Positions 26,071 to 40,659 of a stretch of 64,000 nucleotides of DNA are shown piece after piece. Under the pieces are notes generated by a model. The model worked only from the letters and a program-made list of their open reading frames with translations. It was not told the origin of the DNA and searched no databases. Positions within the stretch are counted from its first letter, which is position 1. Each line of letters opens with the position of its first letter. Position numbers and translations under genes: made by a program. Source of the stretch: Lama guanicoe (taxonomy: Eukaryota); contig MU054187.1 in NCBI GenBank assembly GCA_013239625.1, forward strand, positions 22,447,280 through 22,511,279, in the 5' to 3' direction.

Positions 26071-26196
26071 AGGGGGGAGGTAGTTAGGTTCACTTATTTA
26101 TTTTTAGAGCAGGTACTGGGGATTGAACCCAGGACCTTGTGCATGCTAGGCATGCACTCTACCACTTGAGCTATACCCTCCCCCCACCAACAAGCC
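26071..26196 (-). mobile_element. tRNA-Ala-derived SINE (Vic-1-like)
   Basis: Same core ggtactggggattgaacccaggacc...ctctaccacttgagctataccctccc; TSD AAGTATTTT at 26062-26070 and 26197-26205. Confidence 0.88.
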
Positions 26197-29100
26197 AAGT
26201 ATTTTTTAAAACTATAAACAATTGCTCTTCTAGTTAGTATGTGCCGTATGTGCCTTACATCATTTGCAAGACCCTCCTGGTTTGATTCTTGGTTGACTTT
26301 CAGTTAAGAGTGACCCTGATGACCCTGTGCGTAATGACACACACAGGTTCCCTAGCTTCCTTTATTGTTGGCTCCCCGGGCAAGGGAATGGGTAGCTGGC
26401 TTTTTTCGCAGTGAGTACTGCGTGCTGGGGAGAGTCCCCTAGCCCTGCTGATTAGCGCTGTTACGGACTCGGGTTTTCACTGCTGCCCAGTAATTCTGGA
26501 TCTCCTTTAAATCTCCCACTATAATTACTCAGCTTCCTGTGCTTGTCTTTAAAGGGTATTCCATTTGGTCATCTGTCCTGTTTTATTAATAGGTCTTTTT
26601 TTTTTTGACTCTTTACTTGGCTCTGGTGATACTCACATGATTGATTCATTGTCTCTCCCTTCAGGAAGCTTATTTAGTCGCTCATTTTTAAGCGTATATA
26701 CAATCCAACATGAAAATGCTGTAATAGAATTGGGGTGTGCACACGGCGTCGTACACAGCTCACAGCAGTTAGAGCATCTACTCTCGTAGCTGCTGGAGGT
26801 GCGGCTCTGAAGGTCTCCACCTCGTCACCCTCCTTGTCTCATCACAGTCACTGTGTCCATGCGCCCCTCACGTTTGAACTGTTGTTTCTCAGTGCTCTTC
26901 TCTGGCTCGTCTGGGTTTGCCTGTTGCGCAGGTGTGATTTCAGCCTTTGGTCTTCTCCTGCGTCTGCCTCCCCTGTTGAGTCTTGCACCCCCTCCCCATC
27001 ACTTTAGCTGTGAAATCTATTTGTCCAGGCCAGACCTTTGTCTGAACTTCCTTTTCTCTACTTACTGGAAATCTCAGCTTGCTTCCTGCAGTCATTTGGG
27101 GCCCTACAGTATCTTTCCTTCCCTCTGAAAAATTTCTCATTGTCCCTTTGTCTTCTGTCTTTGGCAACTTAGTCATTTATCCTAGTCTCATGTGTCTGCA
27201 AGTGTGACTCAGGTATATAAGAAGCTGTTCTGACTGTCAAGCACATTCGTGATCTGGTGGGGGGTAAAGATAAGTAAAGAGTGACTGCAGTACAGTGAAG
27301 GCTGCGCCAGAGGGAAGTTTAGGGCGCGGTGGGAGGGAACATACACAGAGGGAGGTAGTGGGGAGAAACCTGCGCTCTTGAGATAAAGAATACCTTCTGG
27401 AAGAAATGACCCTTAAGCGGATTTCTGAAAGAGGAGTAGGGATGAACAAGGCAGTCATGGAGGCAGAGGTGGTGAGAGGTTTCATTCTCAGTTGAGCTAA
27501 CTGCGTGTTCAGATCTCTGGCGTCCTTAGAAAGCGAGTAAACTGAACTCAGGAAATAGGATTTTGTTACAGCTTGAGTTGAGCATTTAGGAAAGCAAGGA
27601 AAGGAGTCCTGTGGAGAATTTTGTATGCCTGCTGAGGGCTTGGGAGTTTTAAGCAGGGGAGTGGCATATTTGCACTTAAGTGCAGATCGTTCCAGCAGTG
27701 GTGTAGGTGGGCTAGGAGCTAAGGAGACAAGCTAGGACAGCAGCCAGGTGTGTGTTTTATGAAGGAGAGAAGCAGCGTGCCCGTTTGAAATGGTAAGTCC
27801 CTAAACTTAATTCTGTGGGACCAGGTAAACACTTCTCCACGCCTGTAGCCACCGCATGCTGTCTTTTGCGTTAGGAGAATTTTGTAGGAATCCAGATGAG
27901 TGATTTTCAGATCCCAGGTTGCAACCTGTTGATAGATTGTGACGAGCATTTCAACACATAGTGAAGTATGTCAATATAGAATAGAGCAGAAAATACCTAA
28001 ATGTGTTAGGTAAGTGTGCTAGTTATTTCTGGGAAGTCCTTTTCTGGTGTGTTTGTCTGTATAAAATCTGTGGGTAAATAGTCTGGCGCACACAGAGATG
28101 ATTATGTCAAATATATTTCTTACTGTGTGAGCTCTTGCCCAAAAAGTTTAGAAGCTGCTAATCCAGGTGAGAAGTGAAGGAGCCTGCAGTAAGGTGGGCG
28201 CTGGTCTCCTCGGGTGACGTTGGGCCGGGGGATGGTCACTGGCGTGAGGAGTGGAAGGGGGTGTGGAGCCGCGCTCGGCTCTCCGGCCAGTGCAGCACGT
28301 GGCTTCTGTAACCATGTGAGTCAGCAGTTTTCAGATCTACATCTTCCCTCTTTCCTCAGAAATCTCCTTGGTTCCTATGCTTCCTCTCTTTGGTAGCTTA
28401 GTGTTACTCAGTGTAACTTCGCCGGTGTCGTGAAGGAAGAGAATTCTAGCCTGAGGGTGGCGACTGAGCGTTAACACCAAGCGCGATCTTACCCAAAGGC
28501 CGTTGCACTTGCTCTGACTTCTGTGTGGAATGCCGTTCGTCACATATCTGCATGTCTCTGCTCAAATGTTACCTGGTTCCAGAGGCCTTTCCCGATTCCC
28601 TCTGTCCAAATCAGGCCCGTCTGTCCCCATCCCTCTTACCTGGCCTTATTTTTTTCCAACCTTCTGTTGTGAAAATTTACAAGCATGCAGGAAAAGTAAA
28701 AGAATTTTGCAGTGAACACCCTTGTATCTGTCTACCACAGTGTCTAACTGACATTTTACTCTGCTTGCTTTATCTCCTGTCTCTTCATTTCTCCATTCGT
28801 CTAATTTTTAAACATAATTCAGTAAGTCACAGATATCAGTACATTTTGGCTCTCGAAACTTCAGCTTGCCTATCATTAACTAGAGTTCAATATCTGTTTA
28901 AAGATTTTTAGGTAAAATGTACATAGAAGAAAATGCACATGTCTTAAATATACCATTTTGATGAGTTTTGACAAATGCAAATCACCCAAACCCTTATCAA
29001 GATTAGAATATTATCATCACCCCAGAAAGTTCTCTCAAGCCCCGTTTCAGTCCCTGTCCCTACTTTTAGGGAATAAGTCATCGCTGTCCCAATTTTTCAC

Positions 29101-32100
29101 CGCAGTAGATTATAAGTTAGTTTTCCCTGTTATAGAACTTAGCATAAATGAAATTGGTATGAGCTCTTCAGGGTTTTGTTTTGTTTTGTTTTAAATCAGC
29201 ATGATGTTACTTGTTTTATTTTTCTTTATAACATTTAAATCACCAGGTGACATACATATGTTTGTGTGTTACTGTCAGTTTCTCTCCACTAGACTGAAAG
29301 GGGGCTTTACTGAGTCCATTTCTGTATTCCTCATGCCTAAAACGCTGTCTTCCATACAGCAGGTACTCAATAAATATTTATAAGTAAATTAGTGCTTGAT
29401 TAAATGATTTTGAGTCAGTGAGCAAAGCCCCTGGCTGGTAAATGCTTCTGAGGAAATGGTTGACAAGGTCAAAAGCTCCTGAAAATTCAAGTCAGAGGAG
29501 AATTGAAAGGCACTCATTGAACTTAATGACAGAGAGATTATTCATTATTGACCTTTGACAAAGTGGTTTCTGGGAAATAGCGCTGTATTCAGACGTCTCT
29601 GTGATGGAGTGAATGGGCTGGGGAGGGGGTGGGGGGTGGGGTTGGAAGTGTGATAGAAAGCTCTTTGAAAGAGGGGGAACGATGGTGTAGAGCTTTTTCC
29701 CTGGGAACATACAGGGAAAGAGGAATGTTTGGTAGAGGCGAGCAAGAAGAAATACGGAACTGGGGAGTAGTCTTTTGTTTTAAAAAATGGGACTGACATA
29801 GAAGGCGGTCAGCTGCTGATGGCAGGAGCCAGGAGAGAGAGGAGCAAGCGCACGGCACGGCCCAGCAGCTGTTGATCGTGGTTTACGAGAAAGCAAGTCT
29901 TACATCTACCCATTATCCAAATTTGAAACCAGTAGTGACCCAGTTAGTAACTAAATTCTGTTGTTTTTATTGTAATGTCTTTACCAGAATCCTTCCACAG
30001 TGGGTTTTGGGGATTTATACACAGTGTCTTAGTGAGACAGGGAGACTGTGTCTAGACACTGGAGAGGGGAGGAGCGTGGTTGAAGGTGAGGGGCGGCAGT
30101 TACACGTCGGCCTGTGTCTCCATGAAATTGAAGAACTCCACTAAGAAGTCTCGCCCGTCGGCCTGGTACCTACACCTGTTTGGGGGTGTTCATGAATTTC
30201 TATGCTGGGATAATCCAGTCTCTGGCCAGTTCCAGCCCCTCACTGTTACAGGGTCCACGGGGACAGCTCTTGTGGGCTGTCACTGTGAGTCCCCCAGACG
30301 AAGCCTGGGTGTACCCCTTTGTCCCTATACTGCCCCCCCATCGCTGCCCAAATCCCGCTCTGGTCACCGCCCAGGCCTTAGGGACTCATTCTTGGCGACT
30401 GTTGTTCCCTACCAAGTAGACTGTCACTCTGGGAGTGACAGCTCAGTGAGCTGCTTCCTGGTGCACCAGCTGCCTGGGAGAAGAGGAAGCACAGCGGGAC
30501 CCCAGAGTCGCTGGGCAGATGGAGAAACTGGCCAGGCCCCTCCCCTGGTGGCCAGCAGCGTTGTCAGCAGAGGGCCGCCTGGTACACAGCAGGCCTGCAG
30601 CCTGGGGCGCCCTACCACGGGGGGCGGGGGGGCCGTGTGATTTGCTTTTATTAGGGAAGCGCCTGCACGGCATTCTTGATGTTGCCTTTTGGCCCACAAG
30701 GCCTAAAATACTTACTATCTAGCACTTCCCAGAAAAAGTTTGCCTACCCTTGATCTAGGGAACCGAACATAGAAAATTACAAAGATGGTATCCAAAAGTA
30801 GTTCTGAATATGAGGTTCTGTGTAACAAGCAGTTTGGTTTGAGGAAGATAAATTCTCTTTGGAACGAAAACACTGAAATCTGAAAGTGACCCCTTGTTGT
30901 GGAAAACCTAAGAACCATGTGGCTTGCATTATGCTTGGAACCTGAGTGCTTACTGAGTATTTATTGACTGTTAAATTAGAAATGTTTGCGGTTAACTTAG
31001 GATGAAACTAAAAAAGGGCTTCGTAGTTCATTTTATGGATGGTGCTCTTGATTATGTTTCTTTTTGACGAAAGGGAAGCTTGGTGGCAGATGTGAGCAGC
31101 CCTCACGCTCAGCGGCTCTGAACTGGTAGCTCCTCAGAAGGCAGGTGCAACTGATCAAAGACCCAGTGAGCTTGAATGTTTTGAGAGACTTACGCAACTG
31201 GAAAAAATATTTGGAGTTAAATTAATAAGAAGTACATAGAAAATAAGAAAGTGGGGGGAAAGGAGACAATTAAAGAGACAAATCATGTTATGTTCCATGG
31301 CTCAGCTGTCGGAGGGTTTACACAGCCCTAAAAATTGTAAGGGAAGGACATGGCGTACGAGTGCATTTGGAGCTGTTGGAAGGAGGGTCCAAGTTACAGA
31401 GTGTATGTTTGCAGTAAAGAGACAGCTTTATCTTCCATAGTGAGAAATCAATACATTATGTTTGAAATTTAACAAGTAGTAAAGCAAGCTTGTTAAAAAG
31501 AGAAAAAGACGTATATGTAATTTTGATAAAAATTCAAACCTAAATTAAAAGCAGTAAAGAGTACTTGTTAAGGAAGGATTGAAACCAGGAAACTTTGATA
31601 GAGAACAGCAATACAAATTCAACGACTGATTGTAGGAATTAATACCTAAAAATAGCAAAGATATCGTTATTAGGGAGTTCTTGAAACTTGATACACTTTG
31701 TAGGTATTTGTTTTTGGCCAGTAAGCTTTCATACAAATCAGTAGCCCATTGGTAAGTATTCCCTGAATGTCTTTAAAATGAAATTCCTTAAATCCTACCT
31801 TTCCATGAACTTTTTTGTTATATAAAAACAAAGGAAGTAAGTCTGAAATTTCAAGTTTTAGTGAAATACTTATAAATCTAGATTTTTGTAGCACAGGATA
31901 GCATGGGTGTTTCAGTGTAGGATTTTATACCACTGATTTGTGATAGATAAGGTTAATAGTTTATGTGATCCTAAGTCAGCTGTGAACTTGGGCACCTTCA
32001 TTGTTCATGGTTACTGTTTAAACATCTCGTGACTAATGTTAGATGCGGCTTAAATGGATGATTATTTTTTGCATGCCATTTAAAGTATGTATATATGTGT

Positions 32101-32966
32101 ACACCTTGTTTAGGGAAAAACTTCAATATGTATGGTCGTTGTGTAGGAAAATAACTTAATTAAAGGCCTCTAATCAAAAAGAAGTCAAATTAAATTGGAT
32201 CCTTGTGTCTAAGAGAAAGGAAAATATTCTTCACTTTTTCTGCTTTCAGTTGGAACCAAGAATGTTAAACTCAGAAAAACCAGGTTTTTATTTTTTATAT
32301 TTAAAATTTCTATGCCATTTTAAGGAAAGTTTAGAGAGGAAGAAACAGGGATCACAGAGGAAAAAATGAGAGTGGGGAAAATGAGAGATTGAGAGTCTTC
32401 AAGATAAAACAGAGAAAGATAAAACTGAGATGCCCATAGACTCAGAGACTTACCAAAATGAGAGAGGGGTAGACGTGCACAAGAAGGCACTCTGCATCTA
32501 GAAGAAAGAATTGTCCTAGAGCTGTGTCACCTCCTGATTTAAGGCCATTTCTGCTAAAATCTTTCAGATGTGTATTTTTTTTTTAATAGCAGGCAAAAAT
32601 GGATATTACTTCATTGACATTTTGTGCTTTGGGAGTGATATTAGGCTGAAAGTTCCTTTACCCTTGATTAAATTTCTGTTTTGTGATTATTTGGAGTTCT
32701 TAAATTAGTGACTTAAATTCAGGTATTACTCAGTGCTCCCTGCTAACTGTACTTACCGAGTTTCTAGTACTGGTATTAAGAAAGGAAAAATGAAAAAAGT
32801 GAAAAGCACTAATAATCGAGAAAAGAAACAACTTCATTTTGTGTGTGTGTGTTTGTATATACATATCCATATATATATAAATACGGTATTTTAAAGTAAA
32901 ATATATCTGTCATTTTCTGGATTATAAGGAGTAGTTTTTCAGGTTGTCTTGGTTTGTCATCTTTGA

Positions 32967-33083
<117 letters not shown>

Positions 33084-34507
33084 TAACGTAGCGTCTCACC
33101 ATCTTCAGCTGTGCTTTGTCATGCATGTAAACGTTTATCCAGTGCAGCACAGAATGATCCTTCCTTCCTGCGGGGTGCATGAGTTTCCTCGGTCTGCCTT
33201 TGTGGAGAGCGAATGTCCAGTAGACCAGATTGGTCATATTGTGTCTCTTTCACAATTAGTCGGAAGGGCTTCCTTAAGAGATTGTCAAACACTGGTGTGA
33301 GTTTACTGAGAGCAGTTGCAGAATTTTGACCCAGTTGTGGTCCTTGTTGCTTTTTAGTGACGTTCTCAGGACAATTACGTGTATGAAAGGGACGCAGGTC
33401 TGATGGAGGACGGCTTATATGTGCGCTTTCCCATAGATCGTGATCAAACCGGGCTTTACGTGAGAGGTGTCGGTGTGATTCAAAATCACTATCTAATAAA
33501 CTGCTGCAAGTAAACTTACATTACATTATGGCTAAAATCCTAGAGGGTTTTTCATGAAAAAAATACAAAAATTTTGAAAACTGAAAAAAGTTTACGCTCT
33601 GAGGCTGTGATTCGAGGCCATTCACAAACCGGTCTTCCTTCTCCTTCCTGCTCGTTCATAACCGCGCACGCTGCGCCCAGAGCTGGCTGAGTTACGCTTA
33701 CAGTCTCCTCGCTCTCTGCCTCTGCCCGGAACGTTCTCCTCACTGTCTTGGCCACGCGCGGTATCTGTCCCTGCACGCGCAACTCAGGGTCCGCCAGTGT
33801 GAACATACTCAAAGTCCAGAAAACTCAAGGCAACAATGACGTTATTTTGTGAGATTTGTTGCTGAAAGGGTTTTGAAATCATAAGAATTAATGACACAGA
33901 TTGGCTTAAAGTGAGCTGCCCCTTGGAGGATGGGGAGAATTCTGGTTGGTGGAGAAGAGCCTTCTACTCTGAGGGAATACTAAAACAAAGCCGTGATAGA
34001 ATGAAACGTATGACACACGTGGGGCCAGCAGGTAGCTGTTTGGCTCTCACATGGGGCTCCTGAAAGACCTTAGTGGGGTTGAGGCTGAAATGGTGAGTTG
34101 ATTTCTACGCTGTGCCCAGAAACGGGGGGAGGTGACACAGTGTGGTCCCTTCTGCACTTCCGCGGGAAGGTGGGTTTAAAAGCTATGAGTTAGTTGACTT
34201 AGAATCCTGTACTTGGGCAGGGATGATAGAGGCAGATTGCTAAGTATACAGTAAGCACTTAGTGTTTATCTGAAAAAGAGGGAGAAAGGAAAGTCAAACT
34301 GACACGGGCACTGTTCAGCCTGTGGCGTCTTTTTTAGACAGTCCTTAGAAATCACATACGGGAAGAATGAGAAGGTAATTCAGCTAAAATAAATAGCAAA
34401 TGACACGTTCATAATTCTTAAGGATGTCAATACATCCTTTCAACTTATCATGTCTCAGACTTGGTTTCTAAGTGATTTGAGTGAAGAGTTACCGAACGAC
34501 ATTGTAG

Positions 34508-34828
<321 letters not shown>

Positions 34829-36529
34829 TAGAGATTGCATTACAAGTTTATTTTTCAGTGGCTGTTTATAATTAGCATTTCTGATGTACATAAGCACTTT
34901 AAGTTTTTTTGTTTTTCTTTAATTCTAGTTTACTAGCATCACTATACACTCAGGCTTTTGTCTTTATTAAGTGGTACTTCCACCAGTGCAATTTCTTAAT
35001 AAAGCAGTTTGTCTTTGCCAATTCCCAGTCCTCTGCCTTTAATTATAATCATTTTGTTTGCTTTAGATAAAACAAGTTGCCTCCTGTTTATTAAGGCCAG
35101 TCTTTCCATAGTCCAGCTACTCTGATTCCCATCCCAGGTTCTCAGAAACAACGCTTTCATCTGCTTTGGCCCACCAAGTATGCATTCTTGGGATTACAGA
35201 TAGTTTTGTCTGAAAACCTCAATGCTGTCTGAAAATTTGACCAATTGGTTGTCTATTTTTTGCCATAAGCAAACACCCACAATATTAATTGAGGGGAAAA
35301 TCCCTTTGTGAAATAGATTTGATCACAGTAAGTAGGAAGTACGAATTTTAAGTACTGGGCATCTCTAGATAGTGTTCTGAGGCAACTCGAAATCCCAAAA
35401 TCTAGAAGGGAGTTAGGAAAGATACAGAAAGGAGGCTTACCTCTTTCTTCAGAATCCTGCCTCAGGCTGGCACATCCGACTCCACTTTCCTCGAGGGTTA
35501 AGTAGTAAGTTCTCATTTGCGGATTGCGCCGCTCCCGGTTCTGTGCAGCCAGCAGAGAGTGGGCGGGCCAGCCCAGCCATCCCGCGTCTCCTGCTGCCAT
35601 TGCTGGTTTTTCCATAACTTGTACAGAAATCTGTGTAAGGGTCCGCCATTTAGCTGTGCATAGTGAACAGATGATATACTCTGTGTGGTTGAGCTTCACT
35701 GTACACATGAAAACCTTTGGGAGATGGCAGAATTAGGTGATAGTGCACATCAGAAGTGTGTTCTGCACACAGCAGAATGTTTAAGGACATTTCCTTAAAC
35801 AGACTGAGGTTTGGTTATCCAAATACAACAGCAGGTCTAGGGTCAGAGTCTGGGCCAGTTCTGCCTTGGCTTGGTAGTGCCACCAAGTGCCCAGGTTCTC
35901 TCTGCCCTTGTGCTCCCCCCTCCGGCTTCATGCTTTGAACCTTGATCTTCTGGATCTGCTGTCCCTGGTCTCATTCTACATCCAGGCAAAAAGAAAGGGA
36001 AGGGGAGACTGGGAGAGGGGATGGCTTTTTTCCTAGTAAGCCCCTGCCCTTTACTTGGAAAGGATGCCGTCACCAGGGACTTCTGCCTGTCCCTCATTGG
36101 CCAGACGTGGTCAGTCTGCTAACGCAGCCACAGGGAAGGCTGGGAATGGAATGTTCTTAGATGGACACATTGATACCACAGATAAAACAGTGATGTGGTT
36201 ATCACAGAAGGAATAGAAAATGGATATTGAGTACAATTAACGGTATCTGTTTATAAAGTATTTATCAAGATGTGTATACTTGTATCATTAAGAAGTGATT
36301 TTACAGGTAATGATTTTTATATTTGTCATTCTTTTAAAATTGATGGTAAAATGTATTTTCTTTTGACTATATTTCTGGGTTGTAATACGTAAGCATTAAT
36401 AAATTTTTAAGTATGAATATATAAAAGATACTAATAAAAACATTGAAGTTCATTTGTCTGTATATAATACTGAAGTTTAATTTTATTTATAGGCATTTGC
36501 TTTAAGGAAAACTGTGGTAACTATTTCTT

Positions 36530-36660
36530 TTGGGCAGGGCGGGGCAGGGCGAGGTGATTAGGATTACTAATTTTTTATTTTTTAGAGGAGGTACTGAGGA
36601 TTGAACCCAGGACCTTTTGCATGCTAAGCACATGCTCTACCACTGAGCTACAGCCTCCCC
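36530..36660 (-). mobile_element. tRNA-Ala-derived SINE (Vic-1-like)
   Basis: Core gaggtactgaggattgaacccaggacc...ctctaccactgagctacagcctcccc. Confidence 0.85.
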
Positions 36661-37051
36661 TTAGCGATTCTCTTTTAAAATAATATTACCTCATCTAAAC
36701 ACCACAATTTGCTATATACTCTCTGTCTCATGCCTTTGACTCCTGTAGACTGTTACAGAGTGGGCTAAAAGATTAAAATGTTAATGTCAGTATATCATTT
36801 CTAAATCATGTTAGAGAAACTAATTAAATTTTATCACTTGATTGACTTCTCTTAATCTATTATATTTTTAGGACTTTGTGTCTTTAAATTACTACATTCA
36901 CATTCCTTTATTGTATTTTTTAGAGAATTATTATAAAATGTGATTCTGTCAAGTGCTTAGTTTATTCTTTTATATTAAAATACTGCTTTTAAATTTCATA
37001 TATTAAAATACTGTTTTTAAATTTCTTCTCCCCACCCTCTTCTCCAATCAG

Positions 37052-37106
37052 GCTTCAATGTTAGCTGCAGAAAATGACCCGTACGGGCCTTTGCCACCAG
37101 GCTGGG
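37052..37106 (+). CDS. WWP1: WWP1 exon 12
   Basis: atcag|GCTTCAATG; ASMLAAENDPYGPLPPGW; G|gtaagc. Confidence 0.97.
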
Positions 37107-37166
37107 GTAAGCGAATCGGTTGTTGGTAAAAATATCTGAAAGGTATATATAGCATATAGTTGTTAA

Positions 37167-37529
<363 letters not shown>

Positions 37530-38049
37530 TAAGTGAGGTTCTTAAATGCTGGGTGATGAGGACATAAAGGTTTGCTTCCCGTTTAGTCTCGAGTTTAGCA
37601 GCAAACTTCACATTGCACATCAAGAAAATCTACACAAGCAGTGCTCTAGTTTACCCGTCTTTGCTCTGCCTTATTACAGAATGGGTTTGTGGCACAGAGT
37701 TCCTTAATAACAGTAGTAAATGCGTAGCCAGTGAGTGCTCTGTGCCCTGGGTTCTTCTGAGCGCTTTATGTACGTTAGCTCATTTTATCTTCCAGCAGCG
37801 ACTTGAGGTAGATACTGTTATTTTCCAAGTGAGGCTTAGGGAGCGTAACTCACTTACGCAGAGTCGTACAGCAGGTAGTGGAAGTGGCTTCCGACCAAGG
37901 CGGTCTGTCCAGGGTCTGCCCGTAACAGGCCCATCTCCTGCTGCTGCATCAGGGAGCGCGGTGGTCAGCAAAACTGAAGCTCCGGGTAAACATGACATCA
38001 TTAAGCATTTGAACGCTCTCCTTCATCCGCAGTCTACTTAGGTATGATG

Positions 38050-39760
38050 TCCTTGCATCACTAGGGAAGGAGAAGCAGCCATAAAAGTCTCACAGATTCC
38101 CCCGTCACATCTGCCCACCTGTCAGCATCGGGCTTCGCTCTTCATCCTGAAGACGAGCTCGCACTGTCGCTCTCGAGTGTCGTCCCTCCGCTGGTGCACC
38201 GGAGCCCTGCTCTTCTCAGTTACTGCCCCCGCAGCCGGCTTTCTAGCCCCCATCATCAGCTTTTCTTTCTCTACTGAACTATTCTCACTAGCTGTTATTT
38301 CTCCTAGGTCAAAAACAAGCAAAAACCCCAGCTCTTCACCTTACAAATCCATCAGTGACAGTTCACTTCTGTTGCTACCCTTAGGGGAATATGACCTGGA
38401 AGAGCTGTCTCTGAATGGCTGTTTCTGATTCCTCTCTCAGACGGACAACAGGGAGGCTCCCCAGCCCTGGCCTTACTGAGGGCACTGGGGACCTCCGCGT
38501 TGTTCATATGGGGGCGGCTTTGTGAGTCTGTCTCATCTGACACAGTCAGGAGCATTTGATAGAAATTTCTGTCTCCTGACTCAGCTTGCTTGGCATCCTT
38601 CTGCCTTTCTGGTCTCATTTCTTCCTCTCTTTTGTTGGGTCCTTCTTTTCTCTTCAGCCTCTTGAGGTTGAAGTGCCCAGAGCACTTAAGTCTCTCCTCC
38701 TCTCTCTCTGCTCCTTCCGTGGTGACCCTTGTCCAGGTCACACTAGTGACTCACAAGGCGTCTCTGGCTTGCGCTTTTCTCTTTAAGTTTTGCTTCACGC
38801 GTTCAGCGGCTCAGTTGATAGCTCCAACTCATAACCGCTTCCCGAGAGCCCCGTCACACCTGTCCGGCCTGGGCTGTTTCCCGTCGTGTTTGATGACGGT
38901 GTCACCCTCAGGTGTGCCGGGCTGGAAGTCTTGGACTCATCCTCGACTTCTCTTTCCCGCTTGCCTCACACACAGTCAGTCCATCAAGAACTCTAGCTAC
39001 CTGGCCTTCAGAGTGGATCCAGAATCCAGCTGTGGCCACCACGTCCACTGCCACCACTTGGATCTGAGCCACCGTTGTCTCACCGGGAGGGGTTCCTCTA
39101 AGCGTCCCTCTGCTTTCTACCCACGCCTCATTTAATGTTATTCTCTGTGTAACACGGGGACTGTTTTCCTTTTTTTTTTTTTTAAGTAAAAAGTTATTCC
39201 TTTGCACAAAACCCTTCAGTGGTTTCCATCTTAATCAGAGTGAAAAGCGAAGTAATCACAGTGGCTTCCGGGTCCTTCCAGCTTCGGACTCCAGCTGTCT
39301 CTCCAGCCTCATCTCCGTTTTCCCCGCTCATTCACGCTGCTTCAGCCTCACCGGCCCCTTCCTGACACCTGAGGCCTCCACACCGGCCTCTTGCTTCCTC
39401 TTCACCCAGGCTCACCTGTGTGGCTTCTGTCCTCCATGTCTGTGCTCAAATACTGCTTAGTCTCTGAACCCCACTCTGTTCACCCTTTCACAGGTGAAAA
39501 ATTCTCCCCACTTCACTCCATGTCCTTTTCACACTGCCTGTTTTCCCTTCTTGAGGAGCGGGAGTGGTGAGACATTTATCCCCCTCTACCATAGTGGTTG
39601 ACTTATTCATTCTGTTTCTTGTCTGTCTCCTTCACTAGCACACAGGCTCCACAAAAACAGGTGTTTTTACCTGTTTTATTAACAGTAATGCTCTCACTGC
39701 TTAGAACAGTGCCGGGTACATACTGTGCATTTTTGTAGATATTTGTGGAATGAATTCACT
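38050..39760 (+). mobile_element. L2 fragment
   Basis: L2 motifs throughout; 3' tail ttagaacagtgcc...atatttgtggaatgaat. Confidence 0.7.
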
Positions 39761-40371
39761 TGACCCTGACAACAGAAGAGAGCATTTTTCATGCACTCCA
39801 GAATGTTCCCTTTGATGTGAAAGTTCTTTGCACTTTTCTCTTAGGCTGTCACTCAGTAGGCGAAAGGCCCAGCCCCTCTCAGTGTGAATAGACCCTCTCC
39901 CTGCGTGCTGCTCCCTCTGCCTCTTCCCTCACCCACCAGCTTAGCCGGGCCACCTGGGTGTCACTTGTTCCTGGGAATTCGATTCTGCTTAGCTGACTCT
40001 CTGCAGCCGTGTTTGTTTCTGTTTTGGATCAGGTTTAAAGTTCATGTCTCTTCTGTCTAGAGCCTCTGTCCTCCTTCAATTTAAGGGTTATCTCGAGGTT
40101 TTCTGTGAAATAGTCAGTAGTAGATTTTAATATTTTAACTGACTTCTTTGCAAAAGATCCATCATACACGCACTCTCCCGGTGTGTGTGTGTGTTGTGTG
40201 TCCTCATTGCTCGAGTCTCTGTTGGCCCACTAAATGCATCTTTACTTCTCTCTCAGCAAGTAAGTTTCCAAGGTCATTTGTAGGACTCTGGTACACTCCA
40301 GTTTCATACTGAGTATTGAATATGAAGCTTTATTGTGAGTTAACACATGGTTTGCTTTTATTTTTCTTTAG

Positions 40372-40447
40372 AACAAAAGGAGGTCCACAGATTGCTTACG
40401 AACGCAGCTTTAGGTGGAAGCTCGCTCACTTCCGTTATCTGTGCCAG
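40372..40447 (+). CDS. WWP1: WWP1 exon 15
   Basis: tttag|AACAAAAG; TKGGPQIAYERSFRWKLAHFRYLCQ; CAG|gtactg. Confidence 0.97.
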
Positions 40448-40553
40448 GTACTGCGGTGGTAAATAAAGCTTCTGCTCGTAGCCATGTAGTCTTACCTCAC
40501 ACAGCACACAGGCTGGAACTCACATGGTATCATGATACTGTTTTTGTTTTCAG

Positions 40554-40625
40554 TCAAACGCGCTACCCAGCCATGTAAAGATCAACGTGTCCCGGCAGAC
40601 GCTGTTTGAAGATTCCTTCCAACAG
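40554..40625 (+). CDS. WWP1: WWP1 exon 16 (HECT start)
   Basis: ttcag|[34 protein letters not shown]|gtaaga. Confidence 0.97.
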
Positions 40626-40659
40626 GTAAGAAAGAATTCATCAGAACGGAATAGTGCCG

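Noticed and set aside
26110..26186. tRNA-Ala-like sequence
   Set aside because: Flanked by TSDs and a SINE tail, with several diverged copies in the window: a SINE, not a tRNA gene.
30080..30699. Cluster of overlapping ORFs up to 186 aa
   Set aside because: Stop-poor GC-rich patch; no recognisable protein or convincing splice context.
38590..39135. 181-aa ORF (likewise 49952-50479 and 58493-59029)
   Set aside because: They lie in L2/MIR-derived or GC-rich intronic sequence with no recognisable homology.
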